Positions 27,895-37,752 are shown, counted from the first letter of the stretch. The stretch is 39,726 bases of DNA from Gemmatimonadota bacterium (GCA_039588275.1 JBDHAC010000043.1:1-39726); one strand, 5' to 3'. Notes: generated from the sequence alone by a model not told the origin. Numbers and translations are program-made.

Positions 27895-27934
27895 CTCTCG
27901 GTAATCAAGAGTAACATCTCTCGGTAATCAAGGG
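27895..27934. promoter_or_regulatory. Tandem palindromic operator pair, candidate PadR boxes
   Basis: CTCTCGGTAATCAAGAG (27895-27911) and CTCTCGGTAATCAAGGG (27918-27934): 15 identical nt, 23-bp period, each an imperfect palindrome CTCTYG-N5-CRAGAG. Confidence 0.7.
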
Positions 27935-28036
27935 TAGGACCCCCCCTGTCAGCGGGCTGGTTGCGAGACGGAGTCCGAACCGAGATCCTGAACGACCAAC
28001 CGGCCACACCCGGAGTCACCGAGAGACGAGCCCCGC

Positions 28037-28723
28037 ATGCCACAAGAAGGCGTCATCAAGTTCGAGATGGAGCACGAGCGAGTGCCCCTCGAGCCCCGGC
28101 GCTTCGGCGAGCTCGCCTGCAAGCTGATCGCGTGGCGGGAGATCATGTCGCTGACCGGGCTGGTCGGGCAGGATCCGGGGCGATACGAAGGGGCGGGATA
28201 CGGGAACGTGAGCGCCCGAGTCGGGCCCCCCAACGCCGGGCTTGGCCGGCGATCCTTCCTCATCACCGGCACCCAGACCTCAGGCGAGCGCTGCCTCGGC
28301 CTGGATAATTTCGCCGTCGTGGAGCGCTACGATTACCGTCACAACCGGGTCCGAAGCCGGGGGTGTCTCGAGCCTTCCTCCGAGTCCATGACGCACGGCG
28401 CCGCCTACGACCTGGGCCCCCAGATCCGCTGCGTGCTCCACGCCCACTGCCCGGTGGTGTGGCGACGGGCGCGGCACCTGCGGCTCCCCACCACGAGCCC
28501 GAACGTCCCATACGGCACGCCCGAGATGGCTGCCGAGGTGCACCGGCTGTACCGGGAGACCGTCCTGCCCGAGCGCTGCATCCTCGCCATGGGCGGGCAC
28601 GAGGACGGGATCCTGGTCTTCGGACGCAATCCGGAGGAGGCCGGTGAGGTGCTCCTGCGTTGGCTGGCGAGGGCCTACGAAGCGGCGTGCGGAGAGGCGG
28701 ACGCCCGTCTCTGTCGGCGCTAA
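28037..28723 (+). CDS. Class II aldolase/adducin family protein
   Basis: GYGNVSAR, FLITGTQ, PSSESMTH, VLHAH, VPYGTPEMA, MGGHEDG metal-binding pattern. Confidence 0.9.
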   Translation: MPQEGVIKFEMEHERVPLEPRRFGELACKLIAWREIMSLTGLVGQDPGRYEGAGYGNVSARVGPPNAGLGRRSFLITGTQTSGERCLGLDNFAVVERYDYRHNRVRSRGCLEPSSESMTHGAAYDLGPQIRCVLHAHCPVVWRRARHLRLPTTSPNVPYGTPEMAAEVHRLYRETVLPERCILAMGGHEDGILVFGRNPEEAGEVLLRWLARAYEAACGEADARLCRR

Positions 28724-29724
28724 CCGGGACGGCCGCAGAAGCGCAGCGTCTTCACCGCGTAGGAGATGAGCACGGGGCAGCCCCGGATCACGGGAGCGCC
28801 CACGAGCATCGTCGGTCGCTCCGCGAGCCCGAGGATCCGGAAGATCGGTAGGTCAGCCACCTGGATCTCCATGGAATCCCAGGTCGTAGCGCCGAGCTCG
28901 AGCTCCTCGATCCGACCGCCGTGCGACTGCACGATCTCGTCCCCGACGCCGCGACGTCGCTCGCTCACCGGATCCTCGCTCGTCTGGATGCCGGCCCGCT
29001 CGGCCGCCGACCAGTTCAACATCAGGTGTCGCGCACCGGTATCGAACAGCCCCGTGACCGCCTGTCCATTCACCGTGACGTCGAGGTTGATCAAACCGCT
29101 CCCGGAAAGCCGGAACGGGAGTCCATCCTCCGGGGCGAGCACGCCGGCGAGGGCTTCGGGGGCGGTTCCTGGCTCGTACAACCGAAGGACTCCGCCGGGG
29201 ACGTCGATCAACACGTCGAAACGGCGCAGGAACGGCGTCCCGATGATGCCCGCGATCGGCTCACCCGCGTCGGTGGTCAGCACCGAATCGGCGATCACGA
29301 TCGCACGCCGGCTCCCGGCATCGACTCCACCCACCCGGAGCGCGGGTAGGTCGACGATGTCCACCTTCGCCGCCCCGCTCGCCCCGTAGGCCGCGACGTT
29401 GTCCACCGGTTCGAGCCCCAATCGACTCGCGAGCCCCTGGCTGATCGCCCCCTGGGCGGCCCCCGTGTCGAGGATGAGATCGACCGTGTCCCCCGGCGCG
29501 GTCACGCCGGAAACGACCAGCCAGCCCCCCACGGTGCGCAGTGGGATCTCGACTACCGGCGCCAGCGTCGTCGACCCATTGGTCTGGGCGACGCCGGGGA
29601 GGGCGAGAAGGCTCAGGCACAGGGCCACACACGGGGCGCACACGGGGCTTGGGCCCCGCAGGGGGCGTGGGCCGCGCACGGGGCGCGCCCGTCGGCGTCG
29701 GGTGGAGAGTCGCGATCGGTTCAC
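28720..29724 (-). CDS. Secreted retropepsin-like aspartyl protease with two protease domains
   Basis: LILDTGA and GLFDTGA catalytic motifs, GIIG..FL..F.V.ID flap pattern; start uncertain. Confidence 0.85.
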   Translation of the reverse strand: MNRSRLSTRRRRARPVRGPRPLRGPSPVCAPCVALCLSLLALPGVAQTNGSTTLAPVVEIPLRTVGGWLVVSGVTAPGDTVDLILDTGAAQGAISQGLASRLGLEPVDNVAAYGASGAAKVDIVDLPALRVGGVDAGSRRAIVIADSVLTTDAGEPIAGIIGTPFLRRFDVLIDVPGGVLRLYEPGTAPEALAGVLAPEDGLPFRLSGSGLINLDVTVNGQAVTGLFDTGARHLMLNWSAAERAGIQTSEDPVSERRRGVGDEIVQSHGGRIEELELGATTWDSMEIQVADLPIFRILGLAERPTMLVGAPVIRGCPVLISYAVKTLRFCGRPG

Positions 29725-29829
29725 GCAACTAGGACATCCGCTCTCGGGAGGCGGTTGCCCGCGTCGGGAGACGCAGACCCGCCCCGAGCTTTTGGACGAC
29801 GGGAGATGACGTGCGTCAGGAGGTTCTGG

Positions 29830-31863
29830 CTACTCCGGTAACCTGAGAGCCACCAGCTCGGCCTCGACTCCCGCACCCGCAACGGCCGCCACGATGTACT
29901 GCACGCCCTCGTGCATGTACGTCATGGGCGCCGTGTTGGTGGTGGCCGGTAGCTCGAGCCGGGCGATCTCCTCGCCGGTCATCTTGTCCACCGCGTGCAG
30001 CCAGGGCTCCTGGCTGCGCCCCTCCCCATAGAAGACCAGCGTCTTCGTGGTGAGAATGTTGGCGTGCGCGCGCTTCCCCGTGTTGGGCAGGTCAACGCCC
30101 TGGAGCGCGGGGTGATTCCTCACGGATTCGGGCGTGTCCCCGTTCGGGATCCGCCACAGCTGGTCGCCGGTCGTCAGGTCGATCGCCGTGATCGCCCCAT
30201 AAGGCGGCTTGAGCAACGGTAGGCCCTGAGGTCCGCCGATCCCACCCGGGCCGGTCGAGACGTAGGACGCGGTGCTCGTGCAGCTCGTCTCGGGCGCGCA
30301 GCGGGGGGAGTCTCGCTCCGACTCGGCTCCCGGCACGAGCGAGATCACCGTATGCCCCCTCTGACTGGCCACGTACAGCACGCCGGTTTCGGGATCGACC
30401 GACGAGCCGCCCGGGATGTTGGCGCCGCCATTCGCCCCGGGGGCGTGGAAGGCTCCGTTGGTCCCGTCCGGGTGGTTCAGTAGAGAGGGTGGGTTGAACA
30501 TCCCTCCCATCCGATACTCGCTGGCCATCGCGAGCGCCTGTGCCCTGAGTTCGGGCGTGAAGTCGATCAGGTCATCCTCGGTGACCCCCTGGTGCTCGAA
30601 CGCCGCGGGTCGCGTGACGAAAGGCTGTGTGGGCCAGGTGACTTCCCCGGGAGCGTCCGACTGGGGCACCGGCCTTTCCTCGATCGGCCACACCGGCTCG
30701 CCGGTCTCGCGGTCGAAGACGTACGCCCACCCCTGTTTGGTGGTCTCGATCACCATGGGGACCCGTCGGCCGTCGGCCATCGTGACGTCGACGACCTTGG
30801 GGGCGTTGGGGTTGTCGTAGTTCCACACGTCGTGGTGCACCATCTGGAAGTGCCATACCCGCTCCCCGGTGCGGACATCGAGCGCGATGATGCTGGTGCC
30901 GTACAGGTTCGCCCCGAGCCGGTCCCCGCCGTAGTAGTCGTTGGTGGGCGTGTCGGTGGGGATGAACACGAGATTGCGCTCGGAGTCGGCGGATAGCGGG
31001 GCCCAGGCCGAGATGTTGCCCGTGTACCGCCAGGAGTCGCCCTCCCACGTGTCGTGCCCGTATTCCCCGGGCTCCGGGACCACGTTGAACTTCCACAGCA
31101 GCATCCCGGTCCTCGCGTCGTACCCACGGATGTTGCCGGGAATGTTCTCGACCCTCCGCGGGTAGTAGCCGCGGTCGTGCGAGTTGCCCACGACGACGAC
31201 CCCGTTCACCACGATCGGGGGTGACGATGCGGTGATGTCGCCGTAGGCGAGCGTCCCGCTGTCCGGGTGCACCGCGTAATCGCCCAAACCGAGGTGCAGG
31301 TCCACGATCCCGTTGAGCCCGAAGTGGGGTAGGGGCTGGCCGGTCTGCGCATCGAGCGCCACCAGGTAATAACCCGGCGTGATGTTGTAGATGACGCCGC
31401 GGCCATCGACCTCGGCGTACGCGACCGCCTTGCCGTAGTTCTTACGCGTAGAGGTCTGCCAGCGCGGGTTGTCCCTCATCCTCCACATCCAAAGGGTCTC
31501 GCCGGTCGCCGGGTCGATCGCCACCACGGTGCGCCGCTGGCCGGCGACCGTATACAGCTTGTCGCCCACCTTCAGGGGAGTGGCCCTGTAGATGAAATCG
31601 GGCTCGGGCCCGTAATTGGCGGCCTTCCAGCGCCACGCGATCTCGAGGTCACCGACGTTGGCCGCGTCGATCTGATCCAGCGGCGAATAGCGGCTGCTGC
31701 CCTCGTCGCCGCCCCAATAGCGCCACTCGCCGTTCTCGGTGCCCGTGCGCTGTGATACCGCGGGGTGCGCCCACCCCAACAGGATGGCGGCGGCCAGGGC
31801 GAGAGTGGCGCCGAGGCGGCTGGAGTCCTCCCGCGACCTGTCCATACGCGCTCTGGGTGCCAT
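29830..31863 (-). CDS. PQQ-type beta-propeller dehydrogenase (glucose/quinate dehydrogenase-like, lacking the membrane anchor domain)
   Basis: SRYSPLDQI...NV..LEIAW, AIDPATGETLW, FQMVHHDVWNYD, KQGWAYVFDRETGEPVWPIEERPVP, PTQP, KPPYG; TGATG coupling with the cytochrome c gene at 31863. Confidence 0.9.
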   Translation of the reverse strand: MAPRARMDRSREDSSRLGATLALAAAILLGWAHPAVSQRTGTENGEWRYWGGDEGSSRYSPLDQIDAANVGDLEIAWRWKAANYGPEPDFIYRATPLKVGDKLYTVAGQRRTVVAIDPATGETLWMWRMRDNPRWQTSTRKNYGKAVAYAEVDGRGVIYNITPGYYLVALDAQTGQPLPHFGLNGIVDLHLGLGDYAVHPDSGTLAYGDITASSPPIVVNGVVVVGNSHDRGYYPRRVENIPGNIRGYDARTGMLLWKFNVVPEPGEYGHDTWEGDSWRYTGNISAWAPLSADSERNLVFIPTDTPTNDYYGGDRLGANLYGTSIIALDVRTGERVWHFQMVHHDVWNYDNPNAPKVVDVTMADGRRVPMVIETTKQGWAYVFDRETGEPVWPIEERPVPQSDAPGEVTWPTQPFVTRPAAFEHQGVTEDDLIDFTPELRAQALAMASEYRMGGMFNPPSLLNHPDGTNGAFHAPGANGGANIPGGSSVDPETGVLYVASQRGHTVISLVPGAESERDSPRCAPETSCTSTASYVSTGPGGIGGPQGLPLLKPPYGAITAIDLTTGDQLWRIPNGDTPESVRNHPALQGVDLPNTGKRAHANILTTKTLVFYGEGRSQEPWLHAVDKMTGEEIARLELPATTNTAPMTYMHEGVQYIVAAVAGAGVEAELVALRLPE

Positions 31864-32282
31864 CACTGACTCCACTGGATGAGGATCTTGTCCAGCTCGC
31901 TCTTACGGCCGGCGAGCTCTTCTTCTCCCGGGGGCATCCCGTTCATCTCGAAGATGTAGGCGAGGATGTCGGCATACTCGCGGTTCTTGAGGCCGCTCGG
32001 CCGGTCCTCCGGCATCGTGGTGCGGATTCGCTCGTACAGCATGCCCACTGTCGCGCCGTTCCAGCCCTGAAGGAACGACCCCGTGAACCAGTCGTCCATA
32101 TGGCACGCCGCGCAGGCATCGCCGAGGAGCGCTTCACCGCGCCGCGCCTGCTCCTGAGTGTAGACCCCGTCCTGGGTTGAAGGTCTGGCTTCGGCGGTGT
32201 CCGCGACTTGCGCGTGAACGGCGTGCACGCCCTGGGTGGTCAGCGCGAGCGCCAGCGCGAGGCTCCGGACGTCAGCTCTCAT
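31863..32282 (-). CDS. Monoheme cytochrome c
   Basis: Signal peptide, DGVYTQEQARRG, CAACH heme motif, TMP distal Met, NGMPPG. Confidence 0.92.
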   Translation of the reverse strand: MRADVRSLALALALTTQGVHAVHAQVADTAEARPSTQDGVYTQEQARRGEALLGDACAACHMDDWFTGSFLQGWNGATVGMLYERIRTTMPEDRPSGLKNREYADILAYIFEMNGMPPGEEELAGRKSELDKILIQWSQ

Positions 32283-32341
32283 TCGCCGTCCGCCGGATTA
32301 CCCGGCCACACGTCGGCCGCCCGGCCCGGCACGACCCCTCA

Positions 32342-32899
32342 TCACGCACCGGCACCGGGCGTGTGCGTCGCGAGCTCCACCTCGAAGATGAGGGTCGTGT
32401 AGGGCGGCACGCCGGGGCGGCCCGCCGCGCCGTACGCGAGGTCGTAGGGCACCACGAGGCGGCGCTTCTCGCCCAGTCGCATGCCGGTAACCCCCTCCGT
32501 CCACCCCGCTATGAGACGCGTCTCGTTCAGAACCATGGGGAGCGGCGCCGGGGGCGTGTGATCGAAGCTCGAATCGAGCACGCTCCCGTCCGGCAGCCAC
32601 ACCGTGTAGTCCACGCCCATCGCGTCTCCGGGTGCGGCGGCCGGTCCCTCCCCCTCGGCCAGCACCAGGATGTAGAGGCCGCTCTCCTGCTTCTCCATCG
32701 CGTCCAGATCGACCTGCAATTCAGGCGCAAAGGCTACATCTCGGGGATCCGTCGCGGGTTCGGCCCGGACCTCGCTCTCCTCCACCGGCGCGGGAGCTTC
32801 ACGCTCGGATTCGAGCTCCGTGTCGGCCCGCGGGGGCTCCCCCGAACAACCCGCGAGGAGGAGCGTCAGCAGCGCGATTCGACGCATCATTGGACGCAT
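32342..32899 (-). CDS. FKBP-type peptidyl-prolyl isomerase, lipoprotein
   Basis: Lipobox LAG-C; SGLY....EGEG, VDYT.WL.DG..LDSS, LIAGWTEGV.GM, LVVPYDLAYG, PPYTTLIFEVEL. Confidence 0.95.
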   Translation of the reverse strand: MRPMMRRIALLTLLLAGCSGEPPRADTELESEREAPAPVEESEVRAEPATDPRDVAFAPELQVDLDAMEKQESGLYILVLAEGEGPAAAPGDAMGVDYTVWLPDGSVLDSSFDHTPPAPLPMVLNETRLIAGWTEGVTGMRLGEKRRLVVPYDLAYGAAGRPGVPPYTTLIFEVELATHTPGAGA

Positions 32900-33101
32900 C
32901 CATGGTCCTTTCCGTGAGGGGTTCTCGTCATCACGAACTGGAATCCGATGATATACCCGACCGAAGCGGGTGCGCCACGCCGGCTACATGCCGTGCCGGA
33001 GAGCCCCAGCCATGCGTGCCTTGAACGCACGTCCGCCAAGTTGACACCCCTCCCGAGGGCCCGCATCGTTCAGCCGAATTGTCCTCGGGCCTCGAGTGTC
33101 C

Positions 33102-34949
33102 ATGAACCTGTTAGAAAAACTCAGACGGCGTCGCGTTTTCCAATGGTTGGGCGCCTACGTCGCCGGTGGCTTCCTCGCTCTGGAAGGTGTCGACCAGCTC
33201 GTCGGCAACTTGAATCTCCCCATCGTCGCCTACACGGTCACGCTGGTGCTGTACCTGTTCGGCATCCCGGGCACCCTGATTCTCGCCTGGTTCCACGGTG
33301 AGAAGGGTCCGCAGAAGCCGCCAAAGGCGGAAGTGTGGCTACACGCAGCCCTCGGTGCCGTCGGTCTCGCCATCATCGCTGTCGTAATCCAGGATTATCG
33401 GCGCGAGCTCGCCACCCGATTGGACGTCGCGACCGCTAGCGGGCTCGATCCGCGCGGCGTGGCCGTCCTCTATTTCGCGGACCTCAGCCCCGATGGCGAG
33501 CTCGAGTTCGTAGCCGATGGTCTCACGGAAGCGCTGATTGAGCGTCTCTCCCAGGTTCGGGCGCTGGACGTCGTCTCCCAGAACGGTGTCGCCCCTTATC
33601 GGGACCCCGACATCCCAACCGATAGCATCGCCCGCGCCCTCAACGTGGGCAGCCTGATCAAGGGGAGCGTGGAGCCACGTCGGGACGGGCTGCGCATAAC
33701 GACCCGGCTCGTGGACGGGCTCAGCGGCGCCGACATCGAACGCGAGAGCTTCGAGCTCCCGGCGGAAGACCTTCTCGCCGCGGGTGATTCCGTCGCCCAG
33801 AGCATTTCGCGCTTCCTGCGTCAGCGACTCGGAGACGAGGTGCGGCTCCGGGAGCGCAAGGCTGGGACGGCGAGCGTGGAGGCGTGGTCCTTCGTCCAGC
33901 GGGCGGAGCGGCTACGCAAGCAGGCCAGAGAACTCGAAGATGAAGATGAAACGGGCGCCCTCGCGGCCCTGAATGATGCGGACTCATTGCTGGCGCTCGC
34001 CGAAGCGATCGATTCCACGTGGATCCAGCCTTGGGTGCTGAGGGGCAAGGTCGCCTTCCGCCGCGGCTTCGTGCGAGCCTCGCGCTTGGGCGATTTCGAG
34101 ACAGGCGCGACGGAGCTGAGGACCGGTCTGCCCCACGCCGAGCGGGCCCTGGCTGCGGAGCCAAGTGACCCCGACGCCTTGGAGACACGCGGTACGCTCC
34201 GGTACACGCTGTGGCTGCTCGATGCAGTGGAGAGCGCGGATGAAGGGGCCCGGCTCCTCGACGATGCCCAGGCGGACCTGGAATCAGCGGTTGAGGGTGA
34301 CCCGACTCTGGCCAGCGCGTGGGCCATGCTCAGCCATCTTTACATGCAACGGGCCGACAATTCCTCCGTGATTCTCGCCGCCCGGCGGGCCTACGAGGAA
34401 GATGCCTTCTTGAGCAACGCGGATCAGGTATTGGATCGCCTGTTTTGGGGGCACTACGATCTGGAGCAGTTCAACGACGCCAGACGCTGGTGCGAGATCG
34501 GCCGGCGCCGGTTCGAAGACGATTACCGCTTCGTGCAGTGTCGGCTCTGGTTGATGCTCGCGCCGACCGAAGACCCGGATCCGGACGAGGCTTGGGCGGT
34601 CCACGCCGAGCTCATGACGGTGGTACCGGAGTCGCGAAGGTCGTATACGGAGCGAGCCGGCTACCTGCTTGCCGCGGGCGTGCTGCGTCGGGCGGGGCTG
34701 GCCGACAGCGCGTCGCGCGTTTTCGAGCGTGGCCGGGCGGACGAGGAAATCGATCCGGCGGGGGAGCTGATCGCGGACGAGGCGAGGATCCGCGCCGTCA
34801 CCGGCGACCTCGACGGGGCGATGGAGCTTCTCAAGCGGTACGTGGCCACCAACCCCGGTCACTCCTTCGAGGTCGGAGGACAGCTGCACTGGATGTGGCG
34901 ACCCCTTCGCGATCTGCCAGACTTCAGAACCCTGCTGACTCGGAATTGA
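33102..34949 (+). CDS. Membrane-anchored TolB-N-like domain plus TPR-like helical repeat protein
   Basis: LLEKLRRRRVFQW..AY three-TM N-terminus; VAVLYFADLS.....FVADGLTEALI..LSQV..LDVVS; IARALNV..LI.GSV; helical repeats; no kinase or cyclase domain visible. Confidence 0.8.
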   Translation: MNLLEKLRRRRVFQWLGAYVAGGFLALEGVDQLVGNLNLPIVAYTVTLVLYLFGIPGTLILAWFHGEKGPQKPPKAEVWLHAALGAVGLAIIAVVIQDYRRELATRLDVATASGLDPRGVAVLYFADLSPDGELEFVADGLTEALIERLSQVRALDVVSQNGVAPYRDPDIPTDSIARALNVGSLIKGSVEPRRDGLRITTRLVDGLSGADIERESFELPAEDLLAAGDSVAQSISRFLRQRLGDEVRLRERKAGTASVEAWSFVQRAERLRKQARELEDEDETGALAALNDADSLLALAEAIDSTWIQPWVLRGKVAFRRGFVRASRLGDFETGATELRTGLPHAERALAAEPSDPDALETRGTLRYTLWLLDAVESADEGARLLDDAQADLESAVEGDPTLASAWAMLSHLYMQRADNSSVILAARRAYEEDAFLSNADQVLDRLFWGHYDLEQFNDARRWCEIGRRRFEDDYRFVQCRLWLMLAPTEDPDPDEAWAVHAELMTVVPESRRSYTERAGYLLAAGVLRRAGLADSASRVFERGRADEEIDPAGELIADEARIRAVTGDLDGAMELLKRYVATNPGHSFEVGGQLHWMWRPLRDLPDFRTLLTRN

Positions 34950-35092
34950 CGCGTTCTGTCTCGATCGCGTAACCTATGGAGTTCGGCCCATTTGCCGGGG
35001 CACCTCGACCGCATAGATTACGATCCGTCTCCTGTCGTCGTCGTAGGCCTATTGATGGTCTGTCGTCATCTCATCGTCCGAGGAGCGTTCCC

Positions 35093-37681
35093 ATGAGGCG
35101 CCTGGTCCCCATCCTGTTGATCCTTTTGATTTCCGCTTGCGACAAGGCCGCGAATACGGTCGCCGGACCCGAGGCAGGCCCGGGCGCAGCGAACCTTGTA
35201 CCGTTCCCCTCCGGGTCCTCCTCGACATCGACGTCGGACATCTGTGGGACGGTCGACGACCCACCCGGCGGGTTGCCTGGGACGCAGTTGTGGTCTCCTT
35301 GCGACGGTGGACACCTTCCCCCGCCCCCCGGGGGGGCCAACAAAGTATTCACGGCGGATTTCTACTTCCTGTCTTCGCTCGTGGACAGCCCGAGTCCGGT
35401 CCCCGCGAATATCTCGGGTCTCGCGGGCCGGCTGAAGGTGCGGGCCTACCCGTACCCCAATCAGGAGACCTGCGAAGCCGACCCGGCTGCTGGGGGCTAC
35501 GGGGGGAGCCCCGTGGAGTGTGCGGTGCGCGACCTCCCCGATGTCACCGAGATCACGGACCCCGCCAACTTCCCGCCGCGTTACGTGACGGATTGGAAGA
35601 CGAACAAGAAAGCTGGCCCCGCCCTCGGGCGAGTGCCCGTTGATTCGTACTGGCAGCTCGTTGCCTTCTTCGATTTCGACGGCGACGGGTGGGAGGATGA
35701 CGAGGACCTCGGCTCCCGGATCATCAAGTGGACCGACACCCCGTCGACCGACAACCCGCTTGGTGGATGGTCGCTGGACATCAACCTCGGAAGCAACCAG
35801 CCGGTCCCGTTCGTCCTGACCGCGGGCGAGGACGGTTGCTTCGGCACGGCTCAGGCTGCGGGCCAGGTACAGTGCCTGATCGACTTCAGCCAGGGGGGCA
35901 CCCTGACACTGGAAACCGGTGATAACCAGGCTGTTATCGTCGAGATCGGGGAGGGCAACGACGACGGCCTCCAGACGGTCACCGGTAGGCCTTGCCAGAC
36001 TGCCGAGGGTAACCCCCGGAACCTGCACACGGACCTTCCGTTCGACGGCACCTGCACCACTTGGGACGTGTTCCCCGGGCTGGTCGCTGCGAACGGAGGC
36101 CCGCAGCTCACCGACTCGTACATCTTCGTGTGTGAAGGTCTCACTAGCCCCGGCGACTTGGGCAGCTGGGCCATACACATGCAGGACGAGGCGGGCACGC
36201 AGGCGTTGCGGCCGGTCACGGCGGTGTGTGGCGACTTCTTCACCGCGGCAGCGGATCTGCCCGCCGGTCTGGACGCGCTGTGGAGGAAGCTAGCGGGCCT
36301 GTTCCGCGCGAAGGAGCTCCTCGCGACGGCAGCCGTCAAGCACGGCAGCCCGGGCGCGGGCCTCGATGGGATCGGGAGCGACTTCCAGGTCCTGCACACG
36401 ACAGCGGCCACGTATGGCGATGGCAGCCCCGGCGGTACCGGCGCGAAGGCGGGCAGCGGCAGCGGCAGTCCTCCCTCGCAGCAACTGCCGGTGGATGGCT
36501 CAACGACCCTGGAAGTCCCTCTGACGGACCACGGAGACCGCTTGAAGGGAGACCCGCAGCCCGTAGCAGGCGCCACGGTGTACTTCTACTCGGATGCGAA
36601 CAGCACGGTGTCCTGTGTGCTCGAGGACACCAGCTGCACCGATGTGCCGGCAGCCGACCTGCCGTCGACCGCGAGCGCCGGTGTCTTCGTCAGATCCGAC
36701 CTGAACGGCTTCGCCCGGGCCGTGTTGACGGTGCAGGACCAAACGGCGTATGCGTGGGCGCTCGGCTGCGGGATCGCCGTGCCCGTCGTGCAGGATGGGC
36801 CGAATAGCCAGGGGCTGCCGAATGAGGCCGATTCCTACACCGACGCCGGTGTGGCCATCCCCTGCGACCGGGATCCGGATCCGGCTCTAAGGGCCGGTAG
36901 GCCCAACGGACCGGAGGCCGGGACGGATCCGTTCATGCCGCGCGACGCGACCCCCACCACGGCGGTCTACTACAACGATCTGTGGATCGAGTACGAAGCT
37001 GTCATCTGCAAGAGCCCGGATGTAGACGGCATCAAGGGGAGCGACGAACCTTGGTCCGGCAGCTGCATCGATGACGGATTCAAGGACCAGTTCCCAGTCC
37101 ATCTGGGTGGCAATCTCGGGGGCGATGGCACCGCGTTCGTGGAGTGGTTCATCGGGCCGGACCCCGTAACGGGCGAGGAGCGGATCTACTTCGGGATCGA
37201 GCTCGAGATGGATTCCGATCCTTCGAAAGTGAGCCTCGCGCTCGAATTCGACGCGGGCGACGGGAGCGGCCCGGGCGCTCCCCATGAGTTCGATGATCAG
37301 CTCGAGCTCAACCGCGACAAGAACTCCGAGGATCCGTCCCAGGGTGACATCTTCGACCGATACCTGACGGCCGCTTGCGCCGGCAACCAGAGCGTCTCCG
37401 TGTGCAACGCACTCGATACGGACCCCGACATCGGTGGTCAAAACGATGCCGAAGGCGCCGTTCAATGGACGGCAAACCCGTCGGGGACGGGGGGGGAGCT
37501 GTTCTTCGAGATCAGCCAGAAGCTCAACACTGGCGATGTCCCGGTCGATCTGAATCTGAGCTCGGAAGATTGGGTGGGCTTCATCGTGCAAATCGGTGTC
37601 GGCAACGTGAGGAAGGGCGGGACCGTGTTCCCCGAACAACCGAGTGGCGGCAAGGAGTATCGGTCGTTCCAGATACCTTAG
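35093..37681 (+). CDS. Large Cys-rich acidic surface lipoprotein with possible C-terminal DOMON/CBM9-like domain
   Basis: GAGGAG RBS before ATG 35093; lipobox ISA-C; many Cys; DFDGDG Ca-binding-like loop; C-terminal PDVDG...EPW, IYFGI, FFEISQKLNTGD. Confidence 0.75.
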   Translation: MRRLVPILLILLISACDKAANTVAGPEAGPGAANLVPFPSGSSSTSTSDICGTVDDPPGGLPGTQLWSPCDGGHLPPPPGGANKVFTADFYFLSSLVDSPSPVPANISGLAGRLKVRAYPYPNQETCEADPAAGGYGGSPVECAVRDLPDVTEITDPANFPPRYVTDWKTNKKAGPALGRVPVDSYWQLVAFFDFDGDGWEDDEDLGSRIIKWTDTPSTDNPLGGWSLDINLGSNQPVPFVLTAGEDGCFGTAQAAGQVQCLIDFSQGGTLTLETGDNQAVIVEIGEGNDDGLQTVTGRPCQTAEGNPRNLHTDLPFDGTCTTWDVFPGLVAANGGPQLTDSYIFVCEGLTSPGDLGSWAIHMQDEAGTQALRPVTAVCGDFFTAAADLPAGLDALWRKLAGLFRAKELLATAAVKHGSPGAGLDGIGSDFQVLHTTAATYGDGSPGGTGAKAGSGSGSPPSQQLPVDGSTTLEVPLTDHGDRLKGDPQPVAGATVYFYSDANSTVSCVLEDTSCTDVPAADLPSTASAGVFVRSDLNGFARAVLTVQDQTAYAWALGCGIAVPVVQDGPNSQGLPNEADSYTDAGVAIPCDRDPDPALRAGRPNGPEAGTDPFMPRDATPTTAVYYNDLWIEYEAVICKSPDVDGIKGSDEPWSGSCIDDGFKDQFPVHLGGNLGGDGTAFVEWFIGPDPVTGEERIYFGIELEMDSDPSKVSLALEFDAGDGSGPGAPHEFDDQLELNRDKNSEDPSQGDIFDRYLTAACAGNQSVSVCNALDTDPDIGGQNDAEGAVQWTANPSGTGGELFFEISQKLNTGDVPVDLNLSSEDWVGFIVQIGVGNVRKGGTVFPEQPSGGKEYRSFQIP

Positions 37682-37712
37682 CTGACTCGGTTTCGCAGCC
37701 GATCTGAAGCGG

Positions 37713-37752
37713 CGGGCTCCCGGGAATCGATCCCGGGGGCCCGTTTTTATTT
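37713..37752 (+). terminator. Rho-independent terminator
   Basis: CGGGCTCCCGGGA-ATCGA-TCCCGGGGGCCCG followed by TTTTTATTT. Confidence 0.85.

Noticed and set aside
34998..35013. sigma54-like GGGCACCTCGACCGCA upstream of the large lipoprotein
   Set aside because: Lacks the TT of the -12 box and the T before GG; too weak in GC-rich DNA.
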